A stretch of DNA of 64,000 nt from the NCBI GenBank assembly GCA_005400705.1, contig GCA_005400705.1_4079.1; one strand, given 5' to 3'. A program made the position numbers and the translations under genes. Positions 27,394-37,436 of the stretch are shown piece after piece (position 1 is the first letter of the stretch; each line of letters starts with the position of its first letter). This DNA is from Escherichia coli (GTDB taxonomy: Bacteria; Pseudomonadota; Gammaproteobacteria; Enterobacterales; Enterobacteriaceae). A model generated the notes under the pieces. It did no database searches. It was given only the letters and a program-made list of their open reading frames with translations, and was not told where the DNA came from.

Positions 27394-28592
27394 TGGATTT
27401 TCCAGAGAAGTTATTTGTTGCACGTTCCTATGTAAACCACAACCAAGTTGATGGTTTTATTATCGATGCAACAAAATCACATACAAAAGCGTTTGAAACA
27501 AAGAAAGAGAGAGCAGAGTACTGGGCAAAGAAGAACAATCTTCCATCGTTATATATTGACAACGTTCCAACTACTGGATTTTGTGTAGTTGATAAATTAA
27601 CAATTCATGCACGAGAAACATATTTCACAATCCGTCACCCAGAAGGATTTGAATTTATGATTAGTGCCAAAAACATGAATGATTTAATTATCAATAACGA
27701 TATAATCAAAGGTGTTTTTGTAGACCCAATGTTTTTCAACAATAACTTAGAATTAATTAATGGTAAAACAAAAACATTTGCTAAGTTAGTTGAAAAAGAA
27801 AATAAAAAAGAACAACAAAAAGAAACTGTAGCAGGTCTTAAAGTTGGTGATGGTTTCACGTATCTCAAAGAAGATTACTATTACTGCGGTAAAGTACATG
27901 CAATTTGTATAAAGAAAACTAAAGAATTTGCATACCCCGACAAAAGTTCTGTTTATCATTTACTTTTTAACAGTACTCGTGGAACTTATGCATTGAATCA
28001 ACGTTTGGATAATTACAATCTTGAACCTCGTGCACTCTTGAATAAGAAGACTACGGCAGATGAAGAAATTAAACTTGCTAATGAATTTTGGCAAAGCTAT
28101 AGAACAAACAGACATAACCCATTAGGTGAATCTAACATTCCAGTACTGGTACACAATAAATCATTTAAAGCAAAAGACCTAAAAATTAAATATGAAGAAA
28201 TAAATGTTGATGATCTTATGAATAATGGACGTTTCAACGAGAACGTACCATTTATGACTAAAGATAATGAACAATCTTATCGCGTATTTTTTGGTGTAAG
28301 TAATAATACAACACGTAGTTATTATGGACGTAGCGGGGATTATAATATTCATTATAATGATAAATTTGAACGCTTTAGTGCATACCCAGTTCAAATTGAT
28401 GATAATGGAATTATGTCAATGGATGTTGATATTAATGAGCACACATCATTTAGTACATGGAACGGTTATCGTTCACCATTCTTTCCACCAAATGAACGTA
28501 AAACATCAAGTAGTCGTTACTACCAAGATAAGCCGTGCCACGTCCAGCTATCAATTAATAATCCACTTTATATTGGAAAGTATTATCTATAA
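27390..28592 (+). CDS. hypothetical protein (400 aa)
   Basis: ORF track; ATGA overlap. Confidence 0.55.
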   Translation: MMDFPEKLFVARSYVNHNQVDGFIIDATKSHTKAFETKKERAEYWAKKNNLPSLYIDNVPTTGFCVVDKLTIHARETYFTIRHPEGFEFMISAKNMNDLIINNDIIKGVFVDPMFFNNNLELINGKTKTFAKLVEKENKKEQQKETVAGLKVGDGFTYLKEDYYYCGKVHAICIKKTKEFAYPDKSSVYHLLFNSTRGTYALNQRLDNYNLEPRALLNKKTTADEEIKLANEFWQSYRTNRHNPLGESNIPVLVHNKSFKAKDLKIKYEEINVDDLMNNGRFNENVPFMTKDNEQSYRVFFGVSNNTTRSYYGRSGDYNIHYNDKFERFSAYPVQIDDNGIMSMDVDINEHTSFSTWNGYRSPFFPPNERKTSSSRYYQDKPCHVQLSINNPLYIGKYYL

Positions 28593-28603
28593 AGGAATAT
28601 ACA

Positions 28604-30022
28604 ATGAGCATTTTAGCAATTCTTGAAAGCATTAAAAATACTAGCAGTACTCTAGGAAAAAAAGCTATTCTTGAACAAAATAAAGATAATGTAACTTTAC
28701 AAAAAGTACTGAAATATACACTCGATCCTAGTATTGTAAGTGGGTATAAAAAGCTACCAGACGCTGATAACGTGTATCAACATATGACATTGGATGAAGC
28801 TATTGATAAACTAGAATGCATCTATAAGCGTGCATTGACGGGACATACAGGGCGTGATTTCATTGCTTCAGTACTAGGTAGTGTGAGTCCAGATGATGCT
28901 GAAGTTCTTCGTAAGATGCTTACAAAGAACTTAGATTGTGGTATTCAAGAAAAGAACTGCAATGATGTATTTGGTAAAGGATTTATTAAAGATGAACCAT
29001 ATATGCGTTGTTCTTTGCTTGATAAAAAGACTGTTAAGAACATCAACTTCAAAGGTCATGGTTATGCTGTCTCCGAGGTCAAGATGGATGGTCAGTACTT
29101 AAACCATGTAGTCATTAATGGTGCTCTTACCTCTTCCTCCCGTAATGGTAAACTATATGACTTCTTAGGTTGTCGTGATGGTGAGATGGCAGGTCTTGCA
29201 CATCAAATTCAAATGAATGATGAACGTTTTAGTAGTGGTGTCGTCTTTATGGGTGAAGGTCTAGTACTTGATAATGACGGTGAAACTATTCTTCCACGAA
29301 CAACTGGTAATGGTATCATTCAGAAGGCTGGTAAAGATAGTATTAGTCAGAATGAAGCAATGCGTACTGTATTTGTACTATGGGATGTTGTTCCGTATGA
29401 TGCATTCTGTGAAGGTACATGGAATGTAAAACGTAAAGAACGTCGCGAACTTCTTGAATCTGCCATCAATGTATTGGGTAGTGATTTTGTACGTATGGTG
29501 AAATACCGTAAGGTTCAAAACATTAAAGAAGCATTTGAGTACAATAACGAACTCATGGATCAGGGTGAAGAAGGATCAGTACTGAAATGTGAAGATGGTA
29601 TCTGGAAATCACATACATCTCCTAAGCAGTTGAAAGTAAAACTAAAAATGCAATTGGATTTGCGTATTGTTGGTTTCAACGAAGGTGAAGGTAAGCGTAA
29701 AGGTTCACTTGGTTCGTTACAACTTGAAAGTGCATGTGGCACACTGAAGGTAAATGTAGGAACAGGTATCCGTGAAAAAGATGCAGAGTGGACATTCAAA
29801 ACCATTTGGGAACGAATGCAAGAACTAATTGGTAAAGTCGTTACCGTTGAGTGCAATGAGATTGTAATCGACAAGCGTACAGGTGAACCATCACTATTTT
29901 TACCAGTGTTTATTGAATTTAGATTTGACAAAAACACTTGTGACGATTATACTCGTATCTTAGAAATTCGTGATAGTGCTGTTGAGGTGTTCTCTAACAG
30001 TATTATTGAAGCACTTAGCTAA
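28604..30022 (+). CDS. ATP-dependent DNA ligase (T4 gp30-like)
   Basis: N-terminus collinear with T4 ligase as recalled (K[KQ]AILE[QK]NKDN); adenylation motif I KxDG as VKMDGQ; AAAGGA Shine-Dalgarno. Confidence 0.9.
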   Translation: MSILAILESIKNTSSTLGKKAILEQNKDNVTLQKVLKYTLDPSIVSGYKKLPDADNVYQHMTLDEAIDKLECIYKRALTGHTGRDFIASVLGSVSPDDAEVLRKMLTKNLDCGIQEKNCNDVFGKGFIKDEPYMRCSLLDKKTVKNINFKGHGYAVSEVKMDGQYLNHVVINGALTSSSRNGKLYDFLGCRDGEMAGLAHQIQMNDERFSSGVVFMGEGLVLDNDGETILPRTTGNGIIQKAGKDSISQNEAMRTVFVLWDVVPYDAFCEGTWNVKRKERRELLESAINVLGSDFVRMVKYRKVQNIKEAFEYNNELMDQGEEGSVLKCEDGIWKSHTSPKQLKVKLKMQLDLRIVGFNEGEGKRKGSLGSLQLESACGTLKVNVGTGIREKDAEWTFKTIWERMQELIGKVVTVECNEIVIDKRTGEPSLFLPVFIEFRFDKNTCDDYTRILEIRDSAVEVFSNSIIEALS

Positions 30023-30041
30023 TCATTTATTGGAGGTAATT

Positions 30042-30833
30042 ATGAAATTTGTTGTAACATCTGACGTACACGGTGGAACTGATTACCTCCATAGCGGTGA
30101 TTACAGTGATGTAGTACTGATCATTGCTGGTGACTTTGATGAAGTGAAGCGTAGTCGTTATCGTACTGGTATCGAATCACTGTGTAAGCAGTTCAAAAAT
30201 GTAGTACTGGTTCCAGGTAATCACGAATATTATGGTTCCAATATCATCAAAACGCATAAAGTACTGTCCGATATGCAAGATGAGATTCCAAATTTCATCT
30301 TTTTGCAAAACAAATTTGTATGGCTGGATGGAGTACTGCTTGTTGGTAGTACTCTGTGGACAGACTTCGATAAAGGTAATTCTTTGACGAAGTTTGATGC
30401 TCGTCAGAAGATGAACGATTACAAACATATCCGTCATGGAACAACATCAGAGCCTTGGCGTAAGAAACTGACACCTGATGATACTGAGTTTATGCATCAC
30501 AAAGATAAACAATTTATCAAAAATTCTATTGACACAGTTCGCTTTATGCATGATAATGATTTCAAGGTCATCGTGATTACTCATCACGCACCAAGTTATC
30601 AAAGTGTTTCACCAAAATATAAAAATGATTCACTAAATGGTTGTTACTGTTCCGATATGGATCAGTACATTGAAGATTTGGGTGCTGATGTTTGGATTCA
30701 TGGTCATGTTCATAGTAGCTTTGACTACCACATTGGTAAGACACGTATCATTTGTAATCCACGAGGCTATGAATCGTATAGTGGAGCTTGTGAGAATTTT
30801 TATTACAATCCTAAATTTGTATTTGAAATTTAA
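30042..30833 (+). CDS. calcineurin-like metallophosphoesterase
   Basis: TSDVHGG, AGDFDE and PGNHEYYG motifs; GGAGG before ATG 30042 (ORF-track start 29970 overlaps ligase). Confidence 0.7.
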   Translation: MKFVVTSDVHGGTDYLHSGDYSDVVLIIAGDFDEVKRSRYRTGIESLCKQFKNVVLVPGNHEYYGSNIIKTHKVLSDMQDEIPNFIFLQNKFVWLDGVLLVGSTLWTDFDKGNSLTKFDARQKMNDYKHIRHGTTSEPWRKKLTPDDTEFMHHKDKQFIKNSIDTVRFMHDNDFKVIVITHHAPSYQSVSPKYKNDSLNGCYCSDMDQYIEDLGADVWIHGHVHSSFDYHIGKTRIICNPRGYESYSGACENFYYNPKFVFEI

Positions 30834-30845
30834 TGTGAGGATACA

Positions 30846-31229
30846 GTGTCATTGATTTATTTTGAACTACCAGAATATACCAATTATCCAAGCCGAGTTA
30901 TTTGCTCAGTTTATAGTAATGCATATCATCACTTGTTAGTGAATAGTAATAAAGCTGTGCATTATTATCGAAATAAAGAACCACGTACATTAAAGAATCG
31001 TTATGGTTTTGACCCAACTAACACTGAAGTTGAACTCTGTGATCTGTTTGGGGAAGTAATGGTGGTGTTGAAACGAGATATTCATCTTTTCCATACATAC
31101 AAACTTAATCAGTACTTTATGGAAACACTGTCTATACGTTCCCATGCTCCGATGATTAAAGTTGATTTGAATTATGTTGATGATAAATTGAAATATGATT
31201 TCATAAATTCACTTGTTTATTTGGAGTAA
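30846..31229 (+). CDS. hypothetical protein (GTG start)
   Basis: ORF track. Confidence 0.4.
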   Translation: MSLIYFELPEYTNYPSRVICSVYSNAYHHLLVNSNKAVHYYRNKEPRTLKNRYGFDPTNTEVELCDLFGEVMVVLKRDIHLFHTYKLNQYFMETLSIRSHAPMIKVDLNYVDDKLKYDFINSLVYLE

Positions 31230-31230
31230 T

Positions 31231-31635
31231 ATGAATATACGTTCAGTACGAATATTTTCATTTGTTGATATGAATGAAAAACACTCTTATGTGTTTGAAA
31301 CTGTCAATAAGTTAAATCCTCATACGGCAAAAATGATTGAAACCATGAAGATCTTGAGTTTGCATATAGAAGTTTACTATCTTCATGACGATTCTGTTTT
31401 TGTATATGATGATGGATGGTATGACGGTGTGTTTTATGATGACATTAGCACTACTGCTGATTACTACTTTCTAGTGAGTAACCCACTATTCAGTACTAAA
31501 ACTTTGTTTGACATTACCGATACAAGCGTGTATGATACAACTCATGTTGAGTTACTTAAGTTTGATCCAGTATTATTCAACAAAGAGACGGCGTATTGGA
31601 TGACTGATTTCTTTTCAAATATTCCAGTAAAATAG
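31231..31635 (+). CDS. hypothetical protein
   Basis: GGAG before ATG 31231 (ORF-track start 31213 is TTG). Confidence 0.5.
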   Translation: MNIRSVRIFSFVDMNEKHSYVFETVNKLNPHTAKMIETMKILSLHIEVYYLHDDSVFVYDDGWYDGVFYDDISTTADYYFLVSNPLFSTKTLFDITDTSVYDTTHVELLKFDPVLFNKETAYWMTDFFSNIPVK

Positions 31636-31636
31636 T

Positions 31637-31665
31637 TTGGACATTTTAAATCTTAGTGATATAAT
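31637..31665 (+). promoter_or_regulatory. sigma70-type early promoter (TTGGAC, 17 nt spacer, TGaTATAAT)
   Basis: -35-like TTGGAC 31637-31642; extended -10 31657-31665; directly upstream of clpP. Confidence 0.5.
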
Positions 31666-31699
31666 ACTCACAACAACGAAATAATAGAGGAAATTAATA

Positions 31700-32395
31700 A
31701 TGGTTGAACAATTCATGTTTGGTGGTTATGCTAATGGCGAAGTACGTAACATTTCTATTCCTTACGTAGTTGAGAAAGTTAATGGTTCAGAACGTACATA
31801 TGATCTAGCATCTCGTATGATGCAAGACCGTATCATTTTCCTTGATACTGATTTCAATGATCAAATGGCACATATCATCAAACAACAATTGGTATGGTTA
31901 GACTCACAAGGTGATTCCCCTATTACATTCTACATTAGTTCACCGGGTGGTTCAGTACACGCAGGTTTGGGTATTGCAGATGTTGCTAAGTCTTGTATTT
32001 CGCCAATTCGCACTGTAGTAATGGGCTATGCAGCATCAATGGGTTGCTATACACAATCTGTTATTGGGACTAAAGGTTTCCGTTTAGGTGGTAAACGCTC
32101 ATACTTCATGTGTCACCAAGTAAGTTCTGGTACACAAGGTCTAATTACAGACCAGAAGATTTCCCTACAACATTCTGATGCACTGAATACATTGTTGACC
32201 AAAGAAATTGCAGAAGCTGTAGGTGTATCACATGAACAATTACTAAAAGATGCTGACCGCGATTTGTGGTTAAATGCAGAAGAAGCACTTGAATATGGTG
32301 AACATGGTTTCATTGATGGTATTATTCTTGGTCCACGTAACGAAGAAGGCAAGTACTTAGTTAAGCGTCGCGGTGGTGTAGAAGAGTGGGTGTAA
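31700..32395 (+). CDS. clpP: ATP-dependent Clp protease proteolytic subunit (ClpP-like)
   Basis: SPGGSVHAGLGI, MGYAASMG (Ser nucleophile context) and downstream His as in the ClpP S14 family; AGAGG Shine-Dalgarno. Confidence 0.8.
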   Translation: MVEQFMFGGYANGEVRNISIPYVVEKVNGSERTYDLASRMMQDRIIFLDTDFNDQMAHIIKQQLVWLDSQGDSPITFYISSPGGSVHAGLGIADVAKSCISPIRTVVMGYAASMGCYTQSVIGTKGFRLGGKRSYFMCHQVSSGTQGLITDQKISLQHSDALNTLLTKEIAEAVGVSHEQLLKDADRDLWLNAEEALEYGEHGFIDGIILGPRNEEGKYLVKRRGGVEEWV

Positions 32396-32443
32396 GATAG
32401 ATTTTGATGCCTCAATATGGGGCATCATCTTTGTGGAGATTAT

Positions 32444-32734
32444 ATGAAAGTACTAGTACGTAATAATACGGAAGTAGCAAATGTATTAGAAGATTCCGAT
32501 TTTATTAATGTTGCGTTCGATCAAATTAGTGCAGTAGCACTTGAATTAAAAAATGTAGATGAATCTGAGCGTGTGCTGAATGGTTTTGCAATTGTACTTG
32601 AATTAATGAATGAAGTACTAATTAAAAAGAACATTAATCCAGTTGATGCGGTTCAACATGCAGAAGCTGTGCGTAAAGAACACGGTACATTCTCTGACAA
32701 AAAATACATTCAAACTGATGAGGTAAAAGAATAA
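32444..32734 (+). CDS. hypothetical protein
   Basis: GGAG 5 nt upstream of ATG 32444; hairpin GATGCC...GGCATC between clpP and this gene. Confidence 0.5.
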   Translation: MKVLVRNNTEVANVLEDSDFINVAFDQISAVALELKNVDESERVLNGFAIVLELMNEVLIKKNINPVDAVQHAEAVRKEHGTFSDKKYIQTDEVKE

Positions 32735-32735
32735 T

Positions 32736-33182
32736 ATGTCCAATGCACAATATAAAGATGGTTATGACGCATACAAAGCAAAAGTAGTTCTAAGTGCTGA
32801 ACAGCTAAAAATGCAGCATCCATTCTATCGTCAGGGCTATCGTGCAGCACAAGCAGAAGCAATGAAGAAAAATAATGTAACTTTCCCTACTACACTATAT
32901 GATATTCCAAAACGTCCACACATTTTTAAAGCTGAATGGACTGATATTATGGCAGCGACAAAGCGTCCACGCTTTGCTAAATTACACACCGATGAAGGTC
33001 GCTGGTTGCTAATGGGGATTATGAAAGCAGTTGAGAATCAATCTCATAAGATTGTTCGTTATAAAGATGTTGTTGCTATGGTTGATAAAGCATTTGACCT
33101 TGTACTTCAATATGGTTATGATGAAGGTGTTCTAACTGTTTCTGATTGTGAAAAATATCAGTACACCCCATATCAAAAATAA
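32736..33182 (+). CDS. hypothetical protein (148 aa)
   Basis: ORF track. Confidence 0.5.
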   Translation: MSNAQYKDGYDAYKAKVVLSAEQLKMQHPFYRQGYRAAQAEAMKKNNVTFPTTLYDIPKRPHIFKAEWTDIMAATKRPRFAKLHTDEGRWLLMGIMKAVENQSHKIVRYKDVVAMVDKAFDLVLQYGYDEGVLTVSDCEKYQYTPYQK

Positions 33183-33192
33183 TATTGTGAAA

Positions 33193-33224
33193 AGGAATCC
33201 TATCATGGGATTCCTATTTTTATT
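33193..33224 (+). terminator. rho-independent terminator
   Basis: stem AGGAATCC...GGATTCCT followed by ATTTTTATT. Confidence 0.75.
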
Positions 33225-33302
33225 GCTGTATATCAATTTTCCATTGATCATATTTTGATCTATATGAGCTAAATACCCAAGGAATCATTGTTACTAGGGT
33301 AG

Positions 33303-33857
33303 GTGAATATGCAGCAATATAATTTAACTGAAGAACAAAGTGATATTTTTTACCATCATATGTTTTTAATTGATGAATTTGCTTTAAAAATTAATTCTGA
33401 AGCAATTGATATATTGAAGAAATGGTATAGTTGTTATAATAAAAACAAAAAGTGGTATTGGTTTAATAGAAATATAAAATCATTTCTAAAAACAATCACA
33501 TACACTGATAGTATTGAGTTAATACATAGTTCTATTGGATATAGTTACTTAACTAAACACAACAGTACTATGATGTTATCAGGGTTTAAAGTTGAAAGAA
33601 TTTCCAAGTTAACAGGTTTGTCATTAGAAACAATTCTATATGATATTGAGAAAATTTGGAAAACTATAGAATTAATGCATAAAAATATGTCATTCATATA
33701 TAGAAATTATGATATATTCACTGATGTACGACAATATCATAATAAACCGTATGTATTGGATGAAAAGTACTATAATCATATGGAAGTTTGTTCTAAACTC
33801 GTTGATGATTGGAATCTAGAGGGACATAATGAAATACACACACCTAAGTATAGATGA
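33303..33857 (+). CDS. hypothetical protein with possible helix-turn-helix segment
   Basis: ORF track; ISKLTGLSLETI resembles an HTH; very AT-rich region. Confidence 0.4.
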   Translation: MNMQQYNLTEEQSDIFYHHMFLIDEFALKINSEAIDILKKWYSCYNKNKKWYWFNRNIKSFLKTITYTDSIELIHSSIGYSYLTKHNSTMMLSGFKVERISKLTGLSLETILYDIEKIWKTIELMHKNMSFIYRNYDIFTDVRQYHNKPYVLDEKYYNHMEVCSKLVDDWNLEGHNEIHTPKYR

Positions 33858-34353
33858 TACTAATATCTGGTTAGATAACATAATCAAGACATTAGAATTA
33901 ATTAAACTTACATTACAAAAAACTACAGATATTGAAATTAATATTAAAAAAGAAATATTAAACTATTATCATAGAAACAAATATAGCACGTTTATCTCTA
34001 AATTAATTTATGGATTATATGATATTGAAGATATTTGCATCGGTTACAGTACTGGTATTTGCTTCACTGTTAATGGTTTAAAAAATGATTTAAATTTCAG
34101 ACTTTCCGATGAAGAGCAAAAGTTTCGTAGATTTTGTGATAATATTATGGATACAGATAAAATTACATTTGTTATTGAATTAAATCAAACGTGGTCTACA
34201 TATGCAGATAAACCATTTGAAATTAATGAAACAGATGTGTTAAACTATATTCGAGTTATGAAAATTCATGATTTGTGTAAAAACGCATTGTTAAGTATTG
34301 GAGCTTATAATGAAACATACGACTTGGTTGAAGATAGCAGAAGTAGTTGCTGA
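33829..34353 (+). CDS. hypothetical protein
   Basis: ORF track; overlaps start of cd. Confidence 0.4.
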   Translation: MKYTHLSIDDTNIWLDNIIKTLELIKLTLQKTTDIEINIKKEILNYYHRNKYSTFISKLIYGLYDIEDICIGYSTGICFTVNGLKNDLNFRLSDEEQKFRRFCDNIMDTDKITFVIELNQTWSTYADKPFEINETDVLNYIRVMKIHDLCKNALLSIGAYNETYDLVEDSRSSC

Positions 34354-34789
34354 GGAAAGTAAATGTATTTCACAAAAAGTTGGTTGTGTTATTGTTAAAA
34401 ATAACCGAGTATTGAGTACTGGTTACAATGGTACTCCATCAAAACAACCAAATTGCTGTGATGTGAATCAACACTTAGTCAATGATGGGCGTTTTCAAGA
34501 CTGGGTTAGTGATGAAGCAAAGCATGAACATCATGAGTGGAGTAATATTCATGAAATCCATGCTGAAATGAACGCTTTACTCTATAGTTCTCCTACTGAA
34601 CGTCAAGGTGCTACTCTTTACACAACACTACAACCATGTTATACTTGTTCTAAGTTGATCGCAGGTAGTGGGATTTCACGTGTAATTTATCTCAAAAATT
34701 ATCCTCGTACACCACCAGAAGCTATTAAAGTACTGGAAGATGCTGGAATTATTGTTAATTGCATTTATGATAAGGGTCTTGATAAATGA
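34310..34789 (+). CDS. cd: dCMP deaminase
   Basis: HAEMNAL and PCYTCSK zinc-binding motifs; N-terminus collinear with T4 Cd as recalled; GGAG before ATG 34310. Confidence 0.85.
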   Translation: MKHTTWLKIAEVVAEESKCISQKVGCVIVKNNRVLSTGYNGTPSKQPNCCDVNQHLVNDGRFQDWVSDEAKHEHHEWSNIHEIHAEMNALLYSSPTERQGATLYTTLQPCYTCSKLIAGSGISRVIYLKNYPRTPPEAIKVLEDAGIIVNCIYDKGLDK

Positions 34790-35043
34790 CAGTAATAATT
34801 ATTATTGCTTTTCTAATAACAGTGTTTTTCATTTTTATGTTATATATAGTTGCTATGGATGAACCTAATACTTCTTTTCGAAATTATGAAGTTCGTTTTT
34901 CTGCACAAAATAATAAGTACTATATTGTAAACTGTATACACCGTAGTGAGAAAAGGGTAACAAGTAGATTTGGATTTACCATTTATTATAAAGACCGAGT
35001 AGAAGCTGATATGATTTGTCAGAAGCTTAATACTGTAGAATAA
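34786..35043 (+). CDS. small membrane protein
   Basis: ATGA overlap with cd; hydrophobic N-terminus. Confidence 0.5.
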   Translation: MTVIIIIAFLITVFFIFMLYIVAMDEPNTSFRNYEVRFSAQNNKYYIVNCIHRSEKRVTSRFGFTIYYKDRVEADMICQKLNTVE

Positions 35044-35071
35044 AAAAAGGAGCCGTATGGCTCCTTTTTTG
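35042..35071. terminator. bidirectional rho-independent terminator between convergent genes
   Basis: A-run, stem GGAGCC...GGCTCC, T-run. Confidence 0.8.
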
Positions 35072-35449
35072 TTAACCAGGGAGGTTACAATAATACAAAT
35101 CCCAAGGGTGATATTTCATCGCACCAGTACTCAATTTAATTTTATGAAACTGGAATGATTCGGCAAATGCACTATCGTCAATCTTAATACAAAAAGTGTT
35201 TTTGGCTAGAGTTGGTGCAATTTCCAATGCTGTTTTAGATGCATCTAATCTGATTTTATCTTTATCAAAACTTGTTATAGTTACAAAACGATAAACATTA
35301 AAATCAGTGTCGATAAGATCGTAAACACAACTAGAACGTTGATTAAAGATGTTCAAGTTATATTTCAATTCACCGTTTATATTAGCTGCGGTTACACAAA
35401 ACCCGCCGATATTGAATGGTAGTTTACCTTGTGCTGCGATAGCTTTCAT
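35072..35449 (-). CDS. hypothetical protein (125 aa), only credible minus-strand gene in window
   Basis: no overlapping + gene; AAGGAAA before its ATG on the minus strand; convergent with upstream gene at bidirectional terminator. Confidence 0.6.
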   Translation of the reverse strand: MKAIAAQGKLPFNIGGFCVTAANINGELKYNLNIFNQRSSCVYDLIDTDFNVYRFVTITSFDKDKIRLDASKTALEIAPTLAKNTFCIKIDDSAFAESFQFHKIKLSTGAMKYHPWDLYYCNLPG

Positions 35450-35519
35450 ATTTTATTTCCTTTTTTAAATATAAGTATGAAATATATTTGTTTTTTACAT
35501 CAGATGCACCATGAACTAG

Positions 35520-35548
35520 TTGACAAAACATCAGTGGTATGATATGAT
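35520..35548 (+). promoter_or_regulatory. sigma70-type promoter (TTGACA, 17 nt spacer, TGaTATGAT)
   Basis: consensus -35 TTGACA at 35520-35525 and extended -10 at 35540-35548. Confidence 0.5.
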
Positions 35549-35675
35549 CTGTTATAAACTGTACACCTTAAGTTTTATTTTTTAAAAATTTGAGTTAAGT
35601 ACAGAAAAAGTTTGACTTAAGTGTTTAAGTACTATATTATTTATATCTTCCTAAACAAAATTGAGGACTTGTTAT

Positions 35676-36284
35676 ATGAAAAGACTATGGCTTGAAGTGA
35701 TACAAGCAGCAATGTTTCTATTGTTAATAAATTTTCCAGCCAGTGCTGGTATTGAAAGTAAAAATGTGATAAAGTATAATCCTGAAACCCGAAATGTATA
35801 TTTCATATCAGATATTACAGATGGGTCACTCAAGAGAATGATAGAGTTGTATGATAAAGAACACTATGATACCATCACAATTACATCTCCTGGTGGTGAT
35901 TTTGATGCAGGTATTCGAATGGCAAACTTTGTTAGAGACAATGGGATAAATTTAATTGTTTCTAGGTATTGCAATTCAGCATGTACTGTGGTATTCTTTA
36001 GTGTATCTCCCGAAAAGCGATATATGACAAATCGCTCAGTACTGGGTCTTCATAACATTTCGATTAAAAGTAATGTTACTGATGGTGATAATTCATTTGT
36101 ATCTGTAAGACAGCTATCAACTTTTACCGAAGAAATGGCAACAAAGGTAGGTTTCCTTTTTTCACTATATGCAGCAAATGGAATCCCACCAGAAGTACTA
36201 TTTAGAGTTAGTCGTTCTCGTGGTGAAGATGTTGTAATATTAACAAAACCAGAACTGGTTTTTTACGGTTCAGTCAAACAATAA
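35676..36284 (+). CDS. secreted/periplasmic ClpP-class (SPGG-motif) serine protease-like protein
   Basis: signal-peptide-like MKRLWLEVIQAAMFLLLINFPASA; ITSPGGDFDAG ... CNSACT follows ClpP spacing; ATG 35676 with GAGGA upstream (ORF-track start 35661 is TTG). Confidence 0.55.
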   Translation: MKRLWLEVIQAAMFLLLINFPASAGIESKNVIKYNPETRNVYFISDITDGSLKRMIELYDKEHYDTITITSPGGDFDAGIRMANFVRDNGINLIVSRYCNSACTVVFFSVSPEKRYMTNRSVLGLHNISIKSNVTDGDNSFVSVRQLSTFTEEMATKVGFLFSLYAANGIPPEVLFRVSRSRGEDVVILTKPELVFYGSVKQ

Positions 36285-36354
36285 AAATAATTAAAATAAC
36301 AGGATGATTATGATGTACTTCCTTTGTTATTAATTATATTGAGATTATATAACT

Positions 36355-36615
36355 ATGACAAACATCCAAAACTTGACATCTATTATTTTTTATGCTACTG
36401 TAGTAATGTATGCTACAGTTATTTTTCTAACAGTTTTCATTTACAAAGATTATCGCAATGGCTTTATTGATCCAACTACAATGAAGTTCAATTCAAAATT
36501 CGAAGCAATAATTTATTATGTACTATCAACTTCATACTTGGTGTGCCTAATGTTGTTAGGAGCACTAATTTATATCTTATACACAACATTATTTGCAATT
36601 GGAGCTATTTTATGA
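36355..36615 (+). CDS. small two-TM membrane protein
   Basis: two long hydrophobic segments. Confidence 0.5.
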   Translation: MTNIQNLTSIIFYATVVMYATVIFLTVFIYKDYRNGFIDPTTMKFNSKFEAIIYYVLSTSYLVCLMLLGALIYILYTTLFAIGAIL

Positions 36616-37205
36616 CCTGTATTATTGCACACACTAACGGAGTAAGTTCTTTTATTGCTGGGGATAAGTTAGGAAGCAATGGATTTACAAAAACTGTTCA
36701 AACTGAACCAAAGGTATTCGAGAAAGAATTTATCAAGTTACATGATGATGGACTAACAAGAACTAAAGAAGTAATGGCATTGGGTTATACTACATCATTT
36801 CGTATGGGTCAGTTGTTAAATTATAACCTTAATTTACCTGAACAAGATGCTAGTCAAACATTTTCACAATATTTGGTTCTTAAAGTTATTCCAATTATTC
36901 GTCAAATGTTTAAAGAAGAATGGGGTGCACGAGATGCATCACAAGATGTAGGTGGTGGACAATTTATCATTCTCCACAATCATACAATCTATGAAGTTCA
37001 AGAAGACTTTTCAGTACTACAACCTAAAACAAGAATTACCGCAGTAGGTAGTGGGACATATCATGCAATTGCAGCAATGCAAGCATATATTGAAGTTGAG
37101 AACGAATCTAAAAAACCACTACACGAACGTATCAAATCAATTTTTAAAATTGTTAGTGATAATGTAACAAGCGTAAGCGAAGAGTTTGATGTTTTAAAAT
37201 ATTAA
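36612..37205 (+). CDS. HslV / proteasome beta-subunit-like Ntn hydrolase
   Basis: MTCIIAHTNGVSSFIAGD (Thr2 then IAGD) and AVGSGTYHAIAAMQA parallel HslV N-terminus and GSGG region; GGAG before ATG 36612. Confidence 0.55.
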   Translation: MTCIIAHTNGVSSFIAGDKLGSNGFTKTVQTEPKVFEKEFIKLHDDGLTRTKEVMALGYTTSFRMGQLLNYNLNLPEQDASQTFSQYLVLKVIPIIRQMFKEEWGARDASQDVGGGQFIILHNHTIYEVQEDFSVLQPKTRITAVGSGTYHAIAAMQAYIEVENESKKPLHERIKSIFKIVSDNVTSVSEEFDVLKY

Positions 37206-37232
37206 AAGTACTAATATTATAAGAGAGAATAG

Positions 37233-37427
37233 ATGATGGCATACACAATTTATGAATGGGTTTTGAGTTTTTTTATAGTTTTTTCTATTGTTGTAATTTA
37301 TAACCATGCTAAATGCTTATATAGGGACTTGAAATCCAATGGTTATCACAAAGATAATAATTTTATGTATGCCTATCATATTGGAATCATTCTGTTATTA
37401 TCAATATATTTAATTGTTTTTTTATAA
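37233..37427 (+). CDS. small two-TM membrane protein
   Basis: hydrophobic segments. Confidence 0.45.
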   Translation: MMAYTIYEWVLSFFIVFSIVVIYNHAKCLYRDLKSNGYHKDNNFMYAYHIGIILLLSIYLIVFL

Positions 37428-37436
37428 GGATTGAAT

